A stretch of 20,000 bases of DNA from an uncultured virus (IMG/VR IMGVR_UViG_3300042455_001744) (Duplodnaviria; Heunggongvirae; Uroviricota; Caudoviricetes): IMG/VR virus record IMGVR_UViG_3300042455_001744; one strand, given 5' to 3'. The position numbers and the translations under genes were made by a program. Within the stretch, counting starts at the first letter, position 1; each line of letters begins with the position of its first letter. This document shows, one piece after another, positions 1 through 9,913 of this stretch. Below the pieces are notes generated by a model. The model had not been told where the DNA came from. It was given only the letters and a program-made list of their open reading frames with translations, and made no database searches.

Positions 1-3000
1 TGAATATTTTAATTTATTAATCTCTGAAAACCCAATATAAGTTTCTAACGCTTTCCACTCATTTGGGTAATTAGTTTTTGAAGTTGATAATGTAACACCA
101 CCGTTATTAGTTGGTAAAGCATTTGGCGTTATTGATTGATATTTAGTCCATTCATATGGGTCAGTTATTTGGTAATTAGAAAAACTTAAAAATAATTTTC
201 TGTCATAGTTACCAGGGTTACCATATTTAACATACATTGATGTTTCAATAAACTTAGTTAAATTTTGATTAATATTATTTAATTGTTTTGTTTGAACATC
301 ATTAACAATATCATTTGATGTTGTACCTGTAGGTTTTGGTATCTTCATCATCTCAACCATTAATTTTTGAAAATTTAAACCATAATCAACTTCGGTATTA
401 ATGTCATACATTGATTTACTAAAATTTAAAAATTTCTCTTCAAATAAATCCAAAATGTCTTTTTCAAAAACAGAAAACAATTCACTAATGTCAGCGTATT
501 TGGAACTATCTCCTTTAATACCAAAATTTTCTTGTACCGTTTTTTCATTTGAAGTATCGGGTTTTCCGACTTTCATTTCTTTAAGATATTCTTTTGGGTT
601 ATTTTTGAAAACTTTACTATTATCAAAATAACCATAAGTCGGTAATGCCCAAAAATTTCTCACAGTACCGTTATATAATGAGGTGTTACTCATTAACTCA
701 ATATTCATAGTTTTACCACTAAAACATTCATTGTACGCCTGATTCATAATACTTCCCATTGATGGAAGCGGGTATACAAATTGACTATCGGTAGTTTCAA
801 CATACACACTCCAAGGGATAACTTTTAAATCCCTTTTCGGATTTGCCTTATCAAAACCTTTATCACCTCTAATTAATGTTTCAGGAACATATTTTAACGA
901 TACTTTAAAATCATCAATACCACTTTGTATTCCAGTATTTGTATAAGCCGAAAAAACTTCAAACCCTTGATAAAACACATTCATATCATTTATTAATTTA
1001 GGGTAAAAACCTGTATTAATAAGTGTTGACGTGTCAGTCCCAAATGTTGAGTTTTTTTGTAATATAATATCAATCACACCACCATCAACAGTAAGTGTAT
1101 AGTTTTTAGCTGCATTACTTGTTACCGGGTCATAATTGGTTAAATAATCAAAGTTTTTCCAAGCGTCCTGTAAGATATCTACACCATTATTTACAAATCT
1201 TTTATAACGATGCCATATCGAACCTAACTTAACAATAAGTGGGTATGGTAATTTATGTGTAGCCCCAAATTTTTTAAGTGTTGCAAATATATAATCTAAT
1301 TCTGTATTAATACCTGAATCATATATTTTGTATTTTTCACGTAATGTTGAGATTGGTAAACTATTCAAAAACAAATAAGCGGCACTAACAAATGGAGTTT
1401 TATCAAAGTTTCTAAATTTAACAATACCTTCTTGAATTGCATTAACAAAATAAGGGGTGTTTAACATTGATATTGTTTGGTTATTTGATACCCCACCACT
1501 ATAATTAACATAATTTAAATTACCTTCAGTTATTAATTGTTTATCAGGTGTTCTCATATTATAGAACATCTTTAACTGAGTTAAGTAATCTTCAGGTGTT
1601 GGGATTGTTAAATCACCTTTATAAACAAAGTTAGTAATTGGAATGATATTATTATTTAAACTAAAATTAGTTAATGTTTTTAATTGTTTATCAAACGATA
1701 CTGTTTTTGTCGTATTATACACCTCAATAGCTTTACTAACATTTTTCCCACCAGGTAATTGATTTTTAATCCAAGAAATATCCATAAACGGATAAACATC
1801 TAACAAATCAAAATTGTTAGTTTTTGAATCTCCGGTTAAAGTCTCAATAAACCCATCTTCATTATCTAAACTAACTGTTGGTCTAACAAATGGATTTTGA
1901 ATCACTAATTCATCCAAAAATAAAAATTTATTAGTACTATTTAATTCTTTGATATATGGGGTGTTATAAATCCCTCTAATATAATTCTGCCAATTAACAC
2001 CAACACCTTGATTTGAAACGTGTCGTAACACATTCACAAAATTGTTAGATGAAAACGCATAATCACTTAATGTCTTAATTAAAAATGGATTATCATTTGA
2101 TAAACTTTCTTTAATGTTAATAACCTCACTTTGAGCCACAATACTTGCTACAATATCAATCACTTCAGACGTTGATGAAATCCTATTAAGTCGAGATGTT
2201 GTTGAGATGAACAACAATCTTTCGAATATTTCATAAAAATATTTTACCTCTTCTTTACTTTGAAAGACTTGATTTGATATTGGGAATTCAATCGGGTTTA
2301 AACTTATTCTTTTAACATCCAAAATCTCATTAGATACCGATTTATTAACACCATCACTTTTACCTCTATCGGTAAATCCTTTAATAAACTCTTCAACAAA
2401 TTCAACTTCAGGCCACATTGTATAATCATAACCTTTAGTTAATTGAATAATCTTACTATCGCCAGGATATTTGGGTTCGAACTTTTCGTGACCATCTTCA
2501 CCCATAGTTGCTTGTAAAAATGTTGGCCAAGGATAAACAGGAACTTTTTCATTAACACCTGATGTTATCGCGTCAGGATTGGCATTGGCAACTGAACTAT
2601 TAAAAATAGCATTTTTCCTGACTTTTTCATCTCTAACATCCCAAGATTTCTTATGAACTTCATCTAATAACCTAATAAACCCCTCACCACTTGCAAAAAT
2701 AACCGCTAACACATTTCTAATTGTTGGAATAAACCCAATACCATTATTAGTACTTTTTAATTGGTCGTACAACGCATTTGTTAGGTCTTCTTCAATTTCT
2801 CTTTTTTTCTTTTTAAGTTGATTTTCAATATCATCTAACTTATCAGTAAAACTAAGTTTTCCTTCATAATAATAATATTCATTAACAGGAACACGTTCAC
2901 CATCCTTTAAAGTGTACGTTGTCGTTAATTCATTTTTTAAAATACCTTTATTTATTAAATCAGCCTTAAACTTTACTAATTCTTCATTAGTTGGTTCTAT

Positions 3001-4473
3001 CTTAGTATTTTTTGTAACAAAATAAGTTTGTTCCAAATCAACATCATCACTAGTAAATTCAGCGTTAAACTTAAAATCCGTATCTTTAATATTAATCGCA
3101 GATTCTTTTGTTTTGTTATTTACGGTGTATTTCCCATTTGAACCTAATGTTCTATTTTCATTTAATTTTTTAACCGCAGTTTTTACAATTTTATCTAATT
3201 CGGTTTTGGCATTTTCCCTTTCACCAAATGTTTTAATTTCAGGTTTAAATGTATATATTTTTTTAGGGTCGTATTGTTTACCTCTACCGAAAGGTATCTG
3301 ATTTAAAGCGTTTTGTGCCGATGCCGGAAATAACGATTTTACATTACCAAAATTGGATTCTTTTAATACTAAGTAATTTTTAGTATCCATATATTTTTCA
3401 AACCACGAAACTGATTGTGTTATATAAATTTCTTTACGTAAATTTATTAAAATATTTTCGTATTCTGTAATATCATTTAAGGGGGTTAAATTTTGTTTAG
3501 TAAAGTTATCCAAAACATTTTTAACAAAATTCTCAAGACTATAACGTAATTGAGCAATTGTTATTTCAGGGAAATTTTCAGGTATAAGTCCTTTAGTCTT
3601 ATATTCCGCATACATTTCTTTTATTTTTTCATAACCCTTATAAGCATTTTGATTAGTAACTTGAACCAAATTACTTTGAGTCCCTGTTTTAGGATTAACC
3701 GAAAATTTAGATTGATACATATATGGTGTCGCCAATAAATAACCCATAGATACCTCAGAAATGACACCATATTGATAAGTATGGAAAATTAAATCAACTA
3801 TAAAATTACCACTTGAATAATCATATCTAGCATTGAATGACCTAAGCATTAATTTATACCTAACACCTTTACCATAAAACCCTTTTAATGTTAATTCAAA
3901 CATTGGGTATGGCATATTAAAAAAGGCGGCATATGGTGAACTATTACCAGCTTCAAACAATGCACGTCCTTTAACGTCTTCAAGACTAATATTAAATGTC
4001 GGCATAAAATCTAACCCTTGTCTAATGTCAATTTTGGTAATACCTAACAAACCATTGTCAGTCGCTTTATCTTCACCATTTGAACGGACATTTTGTCTGT
4101 AATAAACATCATCAGGGTTTTTAGGGTTAGTTACCTTAGTTTTATTAGGCTGATTTAAAGCCTGACCCTGTAAACTACCTTTACCTGTAATTTCATCCAC
4201 ATATCTATTATTAAGATATGTTTCACCACCAGGACTTAAAAAGTTGATTGACGCTATCGAAATTGTTTGTATCGCGTCATTAATCGCAACACCTAATGCT
4301 AATTTAGTTCTTGGGAATACTTGACAAGTAAGATTAGCATACATAACTAAATCTTCTTGTTTAACATATCTATCTCTAACAACACCATTATCATCAATAA
4401 CCCTATTCGGGTCAACAATTACTATGTTATTACTGTCGAAGTCTACTAATATATTTTCTGTTTTACCTACCAT
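1..4473 (-). CDS. Very large putative baseplate hub / virion structural protein (>1491 aa, 3' end beyond the window)
   Basis: Translated by hand from ATG at 4473 (MVGKTENILVDFDSNNIVIVDPNRVIDDNG...). The same frame is open at positions 1-120 (...EWKALETYIGFSEINKLKYS), and absence from the ORF track fits there being no stop. Segment GLLGITKIDIRQGLDFMPTFNISLEDVKGRALF...PYPMFELTLKGFYG resembles the beta-rich N-terminus of gp27/gp44-type hubs; it follows the LysM gene with an 11-nt overlap. ORF solid, function inferred. Confidence 0.7.
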   Translation of the reverse strand, partial: MVGKTENILVDFDSNNIVIVDPNRVIDDNGVVRDRYVKQEDLVMYANLTCQVFPRTKLALGVAINDAIQTISIASINFLSPGGETYLNNRYVDEITGKGSLQGQALNQPNKTKVTNPKNPDDVYYRQNVRSNGEDKATDNGLLGITKIDIRQGLDFMPTFNISLEDVKGRALFEAGNSSPYAAFFNMPYPMFELTLKGFYGKGVRYKLMLRSFNARYDYSSGNFIVDLIFHTYQYGVISEVSMGYLLATPYMYQSKFSVNPKTGTQSNLVQVTNQNAYKGYEKIKEMYAEYKTKGLIPENFPEITIAQLRYSLENFVKNVLDNFTKQNLTPLNDITEYENILINLRKEIYITQSVSWFEKYMDTKNYLVLKESNFGNVKSLFPASAQNALNQIPFGRGKQYDPKKIYTFKPEIKTFGERENAKTELDKIVKTAVKKLNENRTLGSNGKYTVNNKTKESAINIKDTDFKFNAEFTSDDVDLEQTYFVTKNTKIEPTNEELVKFKADLINKGILKNELTTTYTLKDGERVPVNEYYYYEGKLSFTDKLDDIENQLKKKKREIEEDLTNALYDQLKSTNNGIGFIPTIRNVLAVIFASGEGFIRLLDEVHKKSWDVRDEKVRKNAIFNSSVANANPDAITSGVNEKVPVYPWPTFLQATMGEDGHEKFEPKYPGDSKIIQLTKGYDYTMWPEVEFVEEFIKGFTDRGKSDGVNKSVSNEILDVKRISLNPIEFPISNQVFQSKEEVKYFYEIFERLLFISTTSRLNRISSTSEVIDIVASIVAQSEVINIKESLSNDNPFLIKTLSDYAFSSNNFVNVLRHVSNQGVGVNWQNYIRGIYNTPYIKELNSTNKFLFLDELVIQNPFVRPTVSLDNEDGFIETLTGDSKTNNFDLLDVYPFMDISWIKNQLPGGKNVSKAIEVYNTTKTVSFDKQLKTLTNFSLNNNIIPITNFVYKGDLTIPTPEDYLTQLKMFYNMRTPDKQLITEGNLNYVNYSGGVSNNQTISMLNTPYFVNAIQEGIVKFRNFDKTPFVSAAYLFLNSLPISTLREKYKIYDSGINTELDYIFATLKKFGATHKLPYPLIVKLGSIWHRYKRFVNNGVDILQDAWKNFDYLTNYDPVTSNAAKNYTLTVDGGVIDIILQKNSTFGTDTSTLINTGFYPKLINDMNVFYQGFEVFSAYTNTGIQSGIDDFKVSLKYVPETLIRGDKGFDKANPKRDLKVIPWSVYVETTDSQFVYPLPSMGSIMNQAYNECFSGKTMNIELMSNTSLYNGTVRNFWALPTYGYFDNSKVFKNNPKEYLKEMKVGKPDTSNEKTVQENFGIKGDSSKYADISELFSVFEKDILDLFEEKFLNFSKSMYDINTEVDYGLNFQKLMVEMMKIPKPTGTTSNDIVNDVQTKQLNNINQNLTKFIETSMYVKYGNPGNYDRKLFLSFSNYQITDPYEWTKYQSITPNALPTNNGGVTLSTSKTNYPNEWKALETYIGFSEINKLKYS

Positions 4474-4786
4474 AATAAAAGAAATGATTTTCTAATTGAT
4501 TGTTATAATCTTGTAATGAAGCTATTAAAGGAAATGGAATTGTCAAGATTGCACCATCATTTATATACCATTCTTGTCCCCCATATTTAGGGTTAGCAAT
4601 TAAAATCAACCAACCAAAATAAGGAGTACCATAATATTGTTGTGATATTTTATCTAATCTTGACTGACCTACTCGATATATATATCTTTTATCAGAACTC
4701 TTACTTGGTAAATTAACATAAGGGACAACCGTTTGTTGTCCATTAATCACAAAATTATTATATCTGTTATAGTACTTACCACCCAT
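4463..4786 (-). CDS. LysM-domain baseplate protein (T4 gp53 / P2 gpX-like)
   Basis: YIYRVGQSRLDKISQQYYGTPYFGWLILIANP...GAILTIP matches the baseplate LysM pattern; ATG lies 1 nt after the upstream stop (TGA A ATG). Confidence 0.8.
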   Translation of the reverse strand: MGGKYYNRYNNFVINGQQTVVPYVNLPSKSSDKRYIYRVGQSRLDKISQQYYGTPYFGWLILIANPKYGGQEWYINDGAILTIPFPLIASLQDYNNQLENHFFYYGR

Positions 4787-4787
4787 T

Positions 4788-7700
4788 TCAATTAAATTTT
4801 ATTTTACCATCAAAAATTTCAAAATTATTTATTTTTGATGGGTCACCTTTATACAAATAAGTTAAATTTGTTTCTTTAGTTGCTTGTTCAGTTGGATTAG
4901 GTTCAGTTGTAAACTTTACAATTCTTGCTTTACCTTTTTTATACAATACCTCATCTAAACCATTAATGTATTTATCATAAGTACTTTTTTTCTTGAACTT
5001 TTCAAACGCTTTTAATTCATTTTTAAGTTCATCTTTATATGTATCAACTAAATCATCAACAATATTTTCAAATACCCTAGATAAGTTTTTAGGTTTTTTC
5101 ACATCCTTAATATTTGGGGTGATTATTTTGTCAATAAAATCTTTTACTTTATTTTTGTCTTCAAATGTTCGACCCATTATGATATAGAATCGTTTGTTTT
5201 CAATTGTTTTAAAATCTTCTTTACTAACGTATGCGAAATCATCTTTAACTTTATCAGGGATTATCTTATAATCATAATCCGTACTTGTTAATAATGAATA
5301 GAAATCATTTAATTGTTTTTTGAATATAGTATAATCAGCAACTAATTCATCAAAACCAGGACTACTTAGTAAGTTGTAGATTTTTAAACCACCACTATCC
5401 AATATTTTACCGTCAGTTTTTGAATTGACAAAACTCACTTTTCTAATTGTTTGAACAAAATCTTGTTGTGGTAATCCAATTTTATTATTAACGATAGTCC
5501 CTATATCACTCGACATTGGTCCTTTTAGACTTTTAACGTATTTTACTAAATTTGTTTTAATTATATTTAATGTTGTATCACTACTACCAACAGTAAACCC
5601 TTTATCTACCAACCCAACTAATATTGGATTACTACCATTATTAATATCATCAATAACTTTACTAAATAATTTATCAATATTATCTTGATAAACCGGTTTA
5701 CCTAATATTTTCACATCATTACCTGATTCAACCCCACCTAAGTTTAATGTTCCTTTCATAAAATCTCTTTTACTACACACAACACTTAACATACCATAAT
5801 TAGTTTTAGCTCTAATCTCATCCATAGAATTATAAGTGTTTGTAAAATACGTTTTACTATTATCGTATAAAACATCCATAATTTTCATATAACTCATTTC
5901 ACCTGTCTCACCACTAGGTGTTAATGGTGTTGTTGTTTTGATTTCACCAATAGTTTGTCCAGCATCATTTGTTTGTTGTTGTGCGGCATCATTACTAACA
6001 CTCACAGGTGGTTGTTTAGCAACTATAGCATCAACTACCATTTTATCTAACGCTGAGGTATCTTCAGTCCAAGTAGCTCTTTCGTCATATATTTCAGTAT
6101 TAGCATAATAATTAAACGATAACGCGTTTTGTAATTGGTCAACAGGTTCTTTTAAACCCATACCCCCAATTATCTTAAAACTAAGTGTAACATTAGCAAT
6201 CATTGGTTGAAGTCCAATACCTTCGGGATTCATATCTAACACTAATGGGTCATACGTGAACGCGACACTATCAGGAATAATCTTCGTATTATAGAAGTCA
6301 CCAATTCTAAGTACTAATACAGGAGGAGCCCCAAATGATGTATTAACCGCATCCAAACTTTTAACAGTATTATCACTAATAACAGGTATTGTTTCACCAG
6401 GTCTAACACATTGATTTAAGAATGTTAAACGAGCATTTAACCCTTCAGGTGTCATCGAGTGAAATGTTGGGTTAAAGTATTTAATCTTCTCTTTAAATGA
6501 ATCATATATCATTGGTGAACTTTCTTTAATTACTTGGAAGTAATCACACTCAGTTAATAAGTTTCTTAATATTTTTTTAGATATACCTTCTTTTATTTTT
6601 TTAACAATATTAACTTGTTGTTCAGGTTTTTTCACCGGAATTGTTTGAGTATTACCTGCCGTTGAAGTAACATCAACCGGTCTTGCAGTTGTTGTTGTGG
6701 TTGTTGTTTCGTTAGGTTTTACCGTTATTGATTTAATTTTAACCCTACGACAAGCCATTGCCGTTGTCGAGTTTATTTCAGCTATATTTTTATTTTGAGT
6801 AGTCTTAGGTACACCAGCCTTACTTGGTTCTTGATTCTCTGTACACTTAACATCAGTTCCTGTACCCGAATCAGTTGTAGTTCCTGTAGTACCATTAGCA
6901 CCTGTTTCAACATTTGTTTTAGGGATAACAATTTCTTCACCTTTACCCGTTTCATTAACTATCGTAATCAAGTTCTTATCAAAAAATTCACCTAAACTTT
7001 TTGTCCCAATAATTTTACTTTTTAAAAACTTTTTAACTGTATCAATACGTCTATCGGATAGTTTTTTATTATAACTAGGTGATGCCTTAGCTGACGCAGA
7101 ACCTTCCATCGTAATACTTATAGTACCCAATCCTTTTGATAAAATATCATAAGCATCAGTAATAAAGTTTTTATCACCACCAGCAATTTTATTAAAGTTA
7201 CCTTTAACTACACTATCAAAAAACCCACCAACGTGAATGTTTACATCATCTGATTTAAATACACTCTCAGCATTTTTTTTATATTTTTCAATATTTGTCG
7301 AACTAACATACGTATTATAAATTGACTCGTATTCTTCAGATGTTGTCGTATCCGGATTTTTACCAGGTATGTCGTTTTCAAAATAAAACGCAAAATCCAA
7401 ATAATTATTTTCAAAATCTTTAATTGAACTATCGGGTTCAGTTTGAGATTGTTGATTATTAGTACTAACATCAGCCCCCGCAGTTCCTGAGTTATCAGAC
7501 GGTAATTTTGGTATTTCTTTATTTATTTGAGATACTGTTTCAACATCTGTTAATCGAGGATTACTTAAAATTTCTTGATAGGTATACAAATCACTAACAC
7601 TTAAAGTATTAAATTTAATAGCTAGTTCATAGATATCGTATTTAACACATCCAGCAAAAAATGAATCAATAATAGATTCAATTCGTTCTTTAGACGCACC

Positions 7701-9878
7701 TTTTAATTGTTTTTCAACAACTGTATTCATAACAGACGGGTGGTCTACAATTATTTTCCAACTTAACGAACCCGTTCTACTTGTACTTTTATACGTATAA
7801 ATTGGTTCAGGTCTACCTAAGAAAACCGCTTGTCCCCAATCCGCCTGACTAGTGTCATTAAATTGTAAACTATACGGTGGGAACCACATAACTCTACCCC
7901 CATTTGGCCCTCTTTCACAAACAGGTAAATCATCATAAGTTAAACCAGGTTTACTTGATGTTCTCCAAGCTAAGTTCTCAATCGAGAACATATATTTTTT
8001 AACGTGACCTCCCTTACCACTAGCATCATCAGGTATGATGTTTGTTGAATCAACACCTTTTAATGGTGCAATATTAAGATTATATGTATTATCTAATACT
8101 GAATATGTGAAACGTCTTCCCGATGTTGTTATACCATCAGTTTTTTGTAAATCCGCGTAAGTGTAATATGGAGTGTCTTTTGTAAATACGCGACAATACT
8201 CCATACCTTGTTGAGAACCATCAGTGTTATCTTTATATGACAACACCATTGAACCTTTTGTCATTTCTTTATAACCATCATTAAAGACTTTACTCACTTG
8301 ATTCATCGCATTACCAACGTGTTTTAATCTGTTGACACCTGACACGTTATCCGCAGAATCAATTAATCTTTGAGTATTGTCTAATATTGAATTCTCCTTG
8401 AAATCAATCGCTGATGATTCGGCTTTTTGAAAGTTACTTGATATCTCATTGAATTGTTCGTCTTTAGAACCTGAACCACCACCCGGTGTCGCTTTGAACC
8501 CTGCGTTTGATTTGTATTTTGGGGAAACCCAAACTAAACCACCATCAATACCACCCCCATCAGTTAATGATTTACCCGCAAACCCAAAATTTAAATCATT
8601 TTGATTACCTTCAAACAATATACCTAACTCTGAAGGCCCATAAACAGGACTTTCAACTTGTTCCCCATAAGGATTGACAGGTATTGCATCTGAAGGTGAT
8701 GTTATAGTACTAGGTTCTGAATTAACACTACCAACATAGTAACCTCCCGATAACGTACCATTATCATTAATTAGACTCGCAGCTAAATTAACTATCGCTT
8801 GTGCAATACCTAATATACCACCAAAGTCTTTTTTATAACCCGGTTGATATCTATTTAAATCAATATTGTTAAACAATACCGACCTTTGACCGTTACCTGT
8901 GTTTGCTAAAAATATTTGTGAAGGATTTCTTTTAATATTTAATATCGGACCTAAAAACCCCCCCGTTAATTGATTAATAACATTTAACGCGTTTGAGGTT
9001 TGTTGAGTTTGAAGACCTCCACTAGTATTTTCATCAAAATAATCACCAGGTATAAAAGAAACAGGCCAATAAGCACCTGACAATCTTGTAGCAAAATCAA
9101 AGGCTGCTGTCACAGGTGATTCAGGAACTGTAATTCTCCAATTACGATAAATTAAAGGTTCTTTACCTGAAGCCAATAAACTCGCCTCAAATGGGTCTGA
9201 TAATGATTGTAAATTAACCGCACCAACAGTATTCTGATAAATTTCAAAATTAACTCTTTCTTGAAATAAGAAGTTTAATTGTTTAGCACCAATTCTGGCT
9301 AAGTAAGAATCATTAGATAATTTACCATCACTACCTGTTGGGTCAGTAGATATTAATATTTCATACGGTGAATATAATGACGCTATGTAAGTTGCTGGTG
9401 TTACTGTATTATCTAAAACATATGGTAAAAATAATTTATTATTATTTTGTATGTCATTAACATTTATAACATATTGATAATTCCCTGTAAGTGGTATAAA
9501 TTTGTTTTGTATTAATGGTGATGTTGGTAAAATATTTAAATATAAACCACCACTACTTAACACAGTACTTTGAAGTGGAGCGTAAGGTCCTTGATTTGGA
9601 ATAATAGGTAACAATGGTCCGTTAAAACCAATAGTCTTATCAAAACCACCATCAGGCCCAAATTGATTTAAAGTATATAATTTATCAGCGAATGGGTCAT
9701 TAGCAATTAAATCATTAGGGGAATCAACCACTGCTGATTGATTCAAAATAATTTCATAATTTAGTGGACCTGCAGGTGGTGTATACACACCTGTCACACT
9801 GTATGTGGCTAAATTTTTAGCCATTAACGCATCTCTAAATGATGAAGATGAAGCAAATGATAGTGTACTATTCGGCAT
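4788..9878 (-). CDS. 1696-aa baseplate/tail-tube initiator-like protein with internal OmpA_C-like domain
   Basis: Tube-initiator-like segments FPPYSLQFNDTSQADWGQAVFLGRPEPIYTYKSTSRTGSLSW and PPVLVLRIGDFYNTKIIPDSVAFTY...PMIANVTLSFKIIG; OmpA-like YFEND...GSAS...YNKKLSDRRIDTVKKFL...GKGE...RRVKI; located between tape measure and LysM genes. Confidence 0.7.
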   Translation of the reverse strand: MPNSTLSFASSSSFRDALMAKNLATYSVTGVYTPPAGPLNYEIILNQSAVVDSPNDLIANDPFADKLYTLNQFGPDGGFDKTIGFNGPLLPIIPNQGPYAPLQSTVLSSGGLYLNILPTSPLIQNKFIPLTGNYQYVINVNDIQNNNKLFLPYVLDNTVTPATYIASLYSPYEILISTDPTGSDGKLSNDSYLARIGAKQLNFLFQERVNFEIYQNTVGAVNLQSLSDPFEASLLASGKEPLIYRNWRITVPESPVTAAFDFATRLSGAYWPVSFIPGDYFDENTSGGLQTQQTSNALNVINQLTGGFLGPILNIKRNPSQIFLANTGNGQRSVLFNNIDLNRYQPGYKKDFGGILGIAQAIVNLAASLINDNGTLSGGYYVGSVNSEPSTITSPSDAIPVNPYGEQVESPVYGPSELGILFEGNQNDLNFGFAGKSLTDGGGIDGGLVWVSPKYKSNAGFKATPGGGSGSKDEQFNEISSNFQKAESSAIDFKENSILDNTQRLIDSADNVSGVNRLKHVGNAMNQVSKVFNDGYKEMTKGSMVLSYKDNTDGSQQGMEYCRVFTKDTPYYTYADLQKTDGITTSGRRFTYSVLDNTYNLNIAPLKGVDSTNIIPDDASGKGGHVKKYMFSIENLAWRTSSKPGLTYDDLPVCERGPNGGRVMWFPPYSLQFNDTSQADWGQAVFLGRPEPIYTYKSTSRTGSLSWKIIVDHPSVMNTVVEKQLKGASKERIESIIDSFFAGCVKYDIYELAIKFNTLSVSDLYTYQEILSNPRLTDVETVSQINKEIPKLPSDNSGTAGADVSTNNQQSQTEPDSSIKDFENNYLDFAFYFENDIPGKNPDTTTSEEYESIYNTYVSSTNIEKYKKNAESVFKSDDVNIHVGGFFDSVVKGNFNKIAGGDKNFITDAYDILSKGLGTISITMEGSASAKASPSYNKKLSDRRIDTVKKFLKSKIIGTKSLGEFFDKNLITIVNETGKGEEIVIPKTNVETGANGTTGTTTDSGTGTDVKCTENQEPSKAGVPKTTQNKNIAEINSTTAMACRRVKIKSITVKPNETTTTTTTARPVDVTSTAGNTQTIPVKKPEQQVNIVKKIKEGISKKILRNLLTECDYFQVIKESSPMIYDSFKEKIKYFNPTFHSMTPEGLNARLTFLNQCVRPGETIPVISDNTVKSLDAVNTSFGAPPVLVLRIGDFYNTKIIPDSVAFTYDPLVLDMNPEGIGLQPMIANVTLSFKIIGGMGLKEPVDQLQNALSFNYYANTEIYDERATWTEDTSALDKMVVDAIVAKQPPVSVSNDAAQQQTNDAGQTIGEIKTTTPLTPSGETGEMSYMKIMDVLYDNSKTYFTNTYNSMDEIRAKTNYGMLSVVCSKRDFMKGTLNLGGVESGNDVKILGKPVYQDNIDKLFSKVIDDINNGSNPILVGLVDKGFTVGSSDTTLNIIKTNLVKYVKSLKGPMSSDIGTIVNNKIGLPQQDFVQTIRKVSFVNSKTDGKILDSGGLKIYNLLSSPGFDELVADYTIFKKQLNDFYSLLTSTDYDYKIIPDKVKDDFAYVSKEDFKTIENKRFYIIMGRTFEDKNKVKDFIDKIITPNIKDVKKPKNLSRVFENIVDDLVDTYKDELKNELKAFEKFKKKSTYDKYINGLDEVLYKKGKARIVKFTTEPNPTEQATKETNLTYLYKGDPSKINNFEIFDGKIKFN

Positions 9879-9896
9879 TACTTATTTCTTTTATAT

Positions 9897-9904
9897 TATA
9901 AATA
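9897..9904 (-). promoter_or_regulatory. TATTTATA motif (putative late promoter) 18 nt upstream of the 1696-aa gene
   Basis: Plus strand tataaata; the same motif recurs before other genes in their sense orientation. Confidence 0.6.
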
Positions 9905-9913
9905 GAATGTTTT

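Noticed and set aside
6686..6710. (GTT)n microsatellite
   Set aside because: Imperfect in-frame run encoding a poly-Thr linker; nothing suggests phase variation
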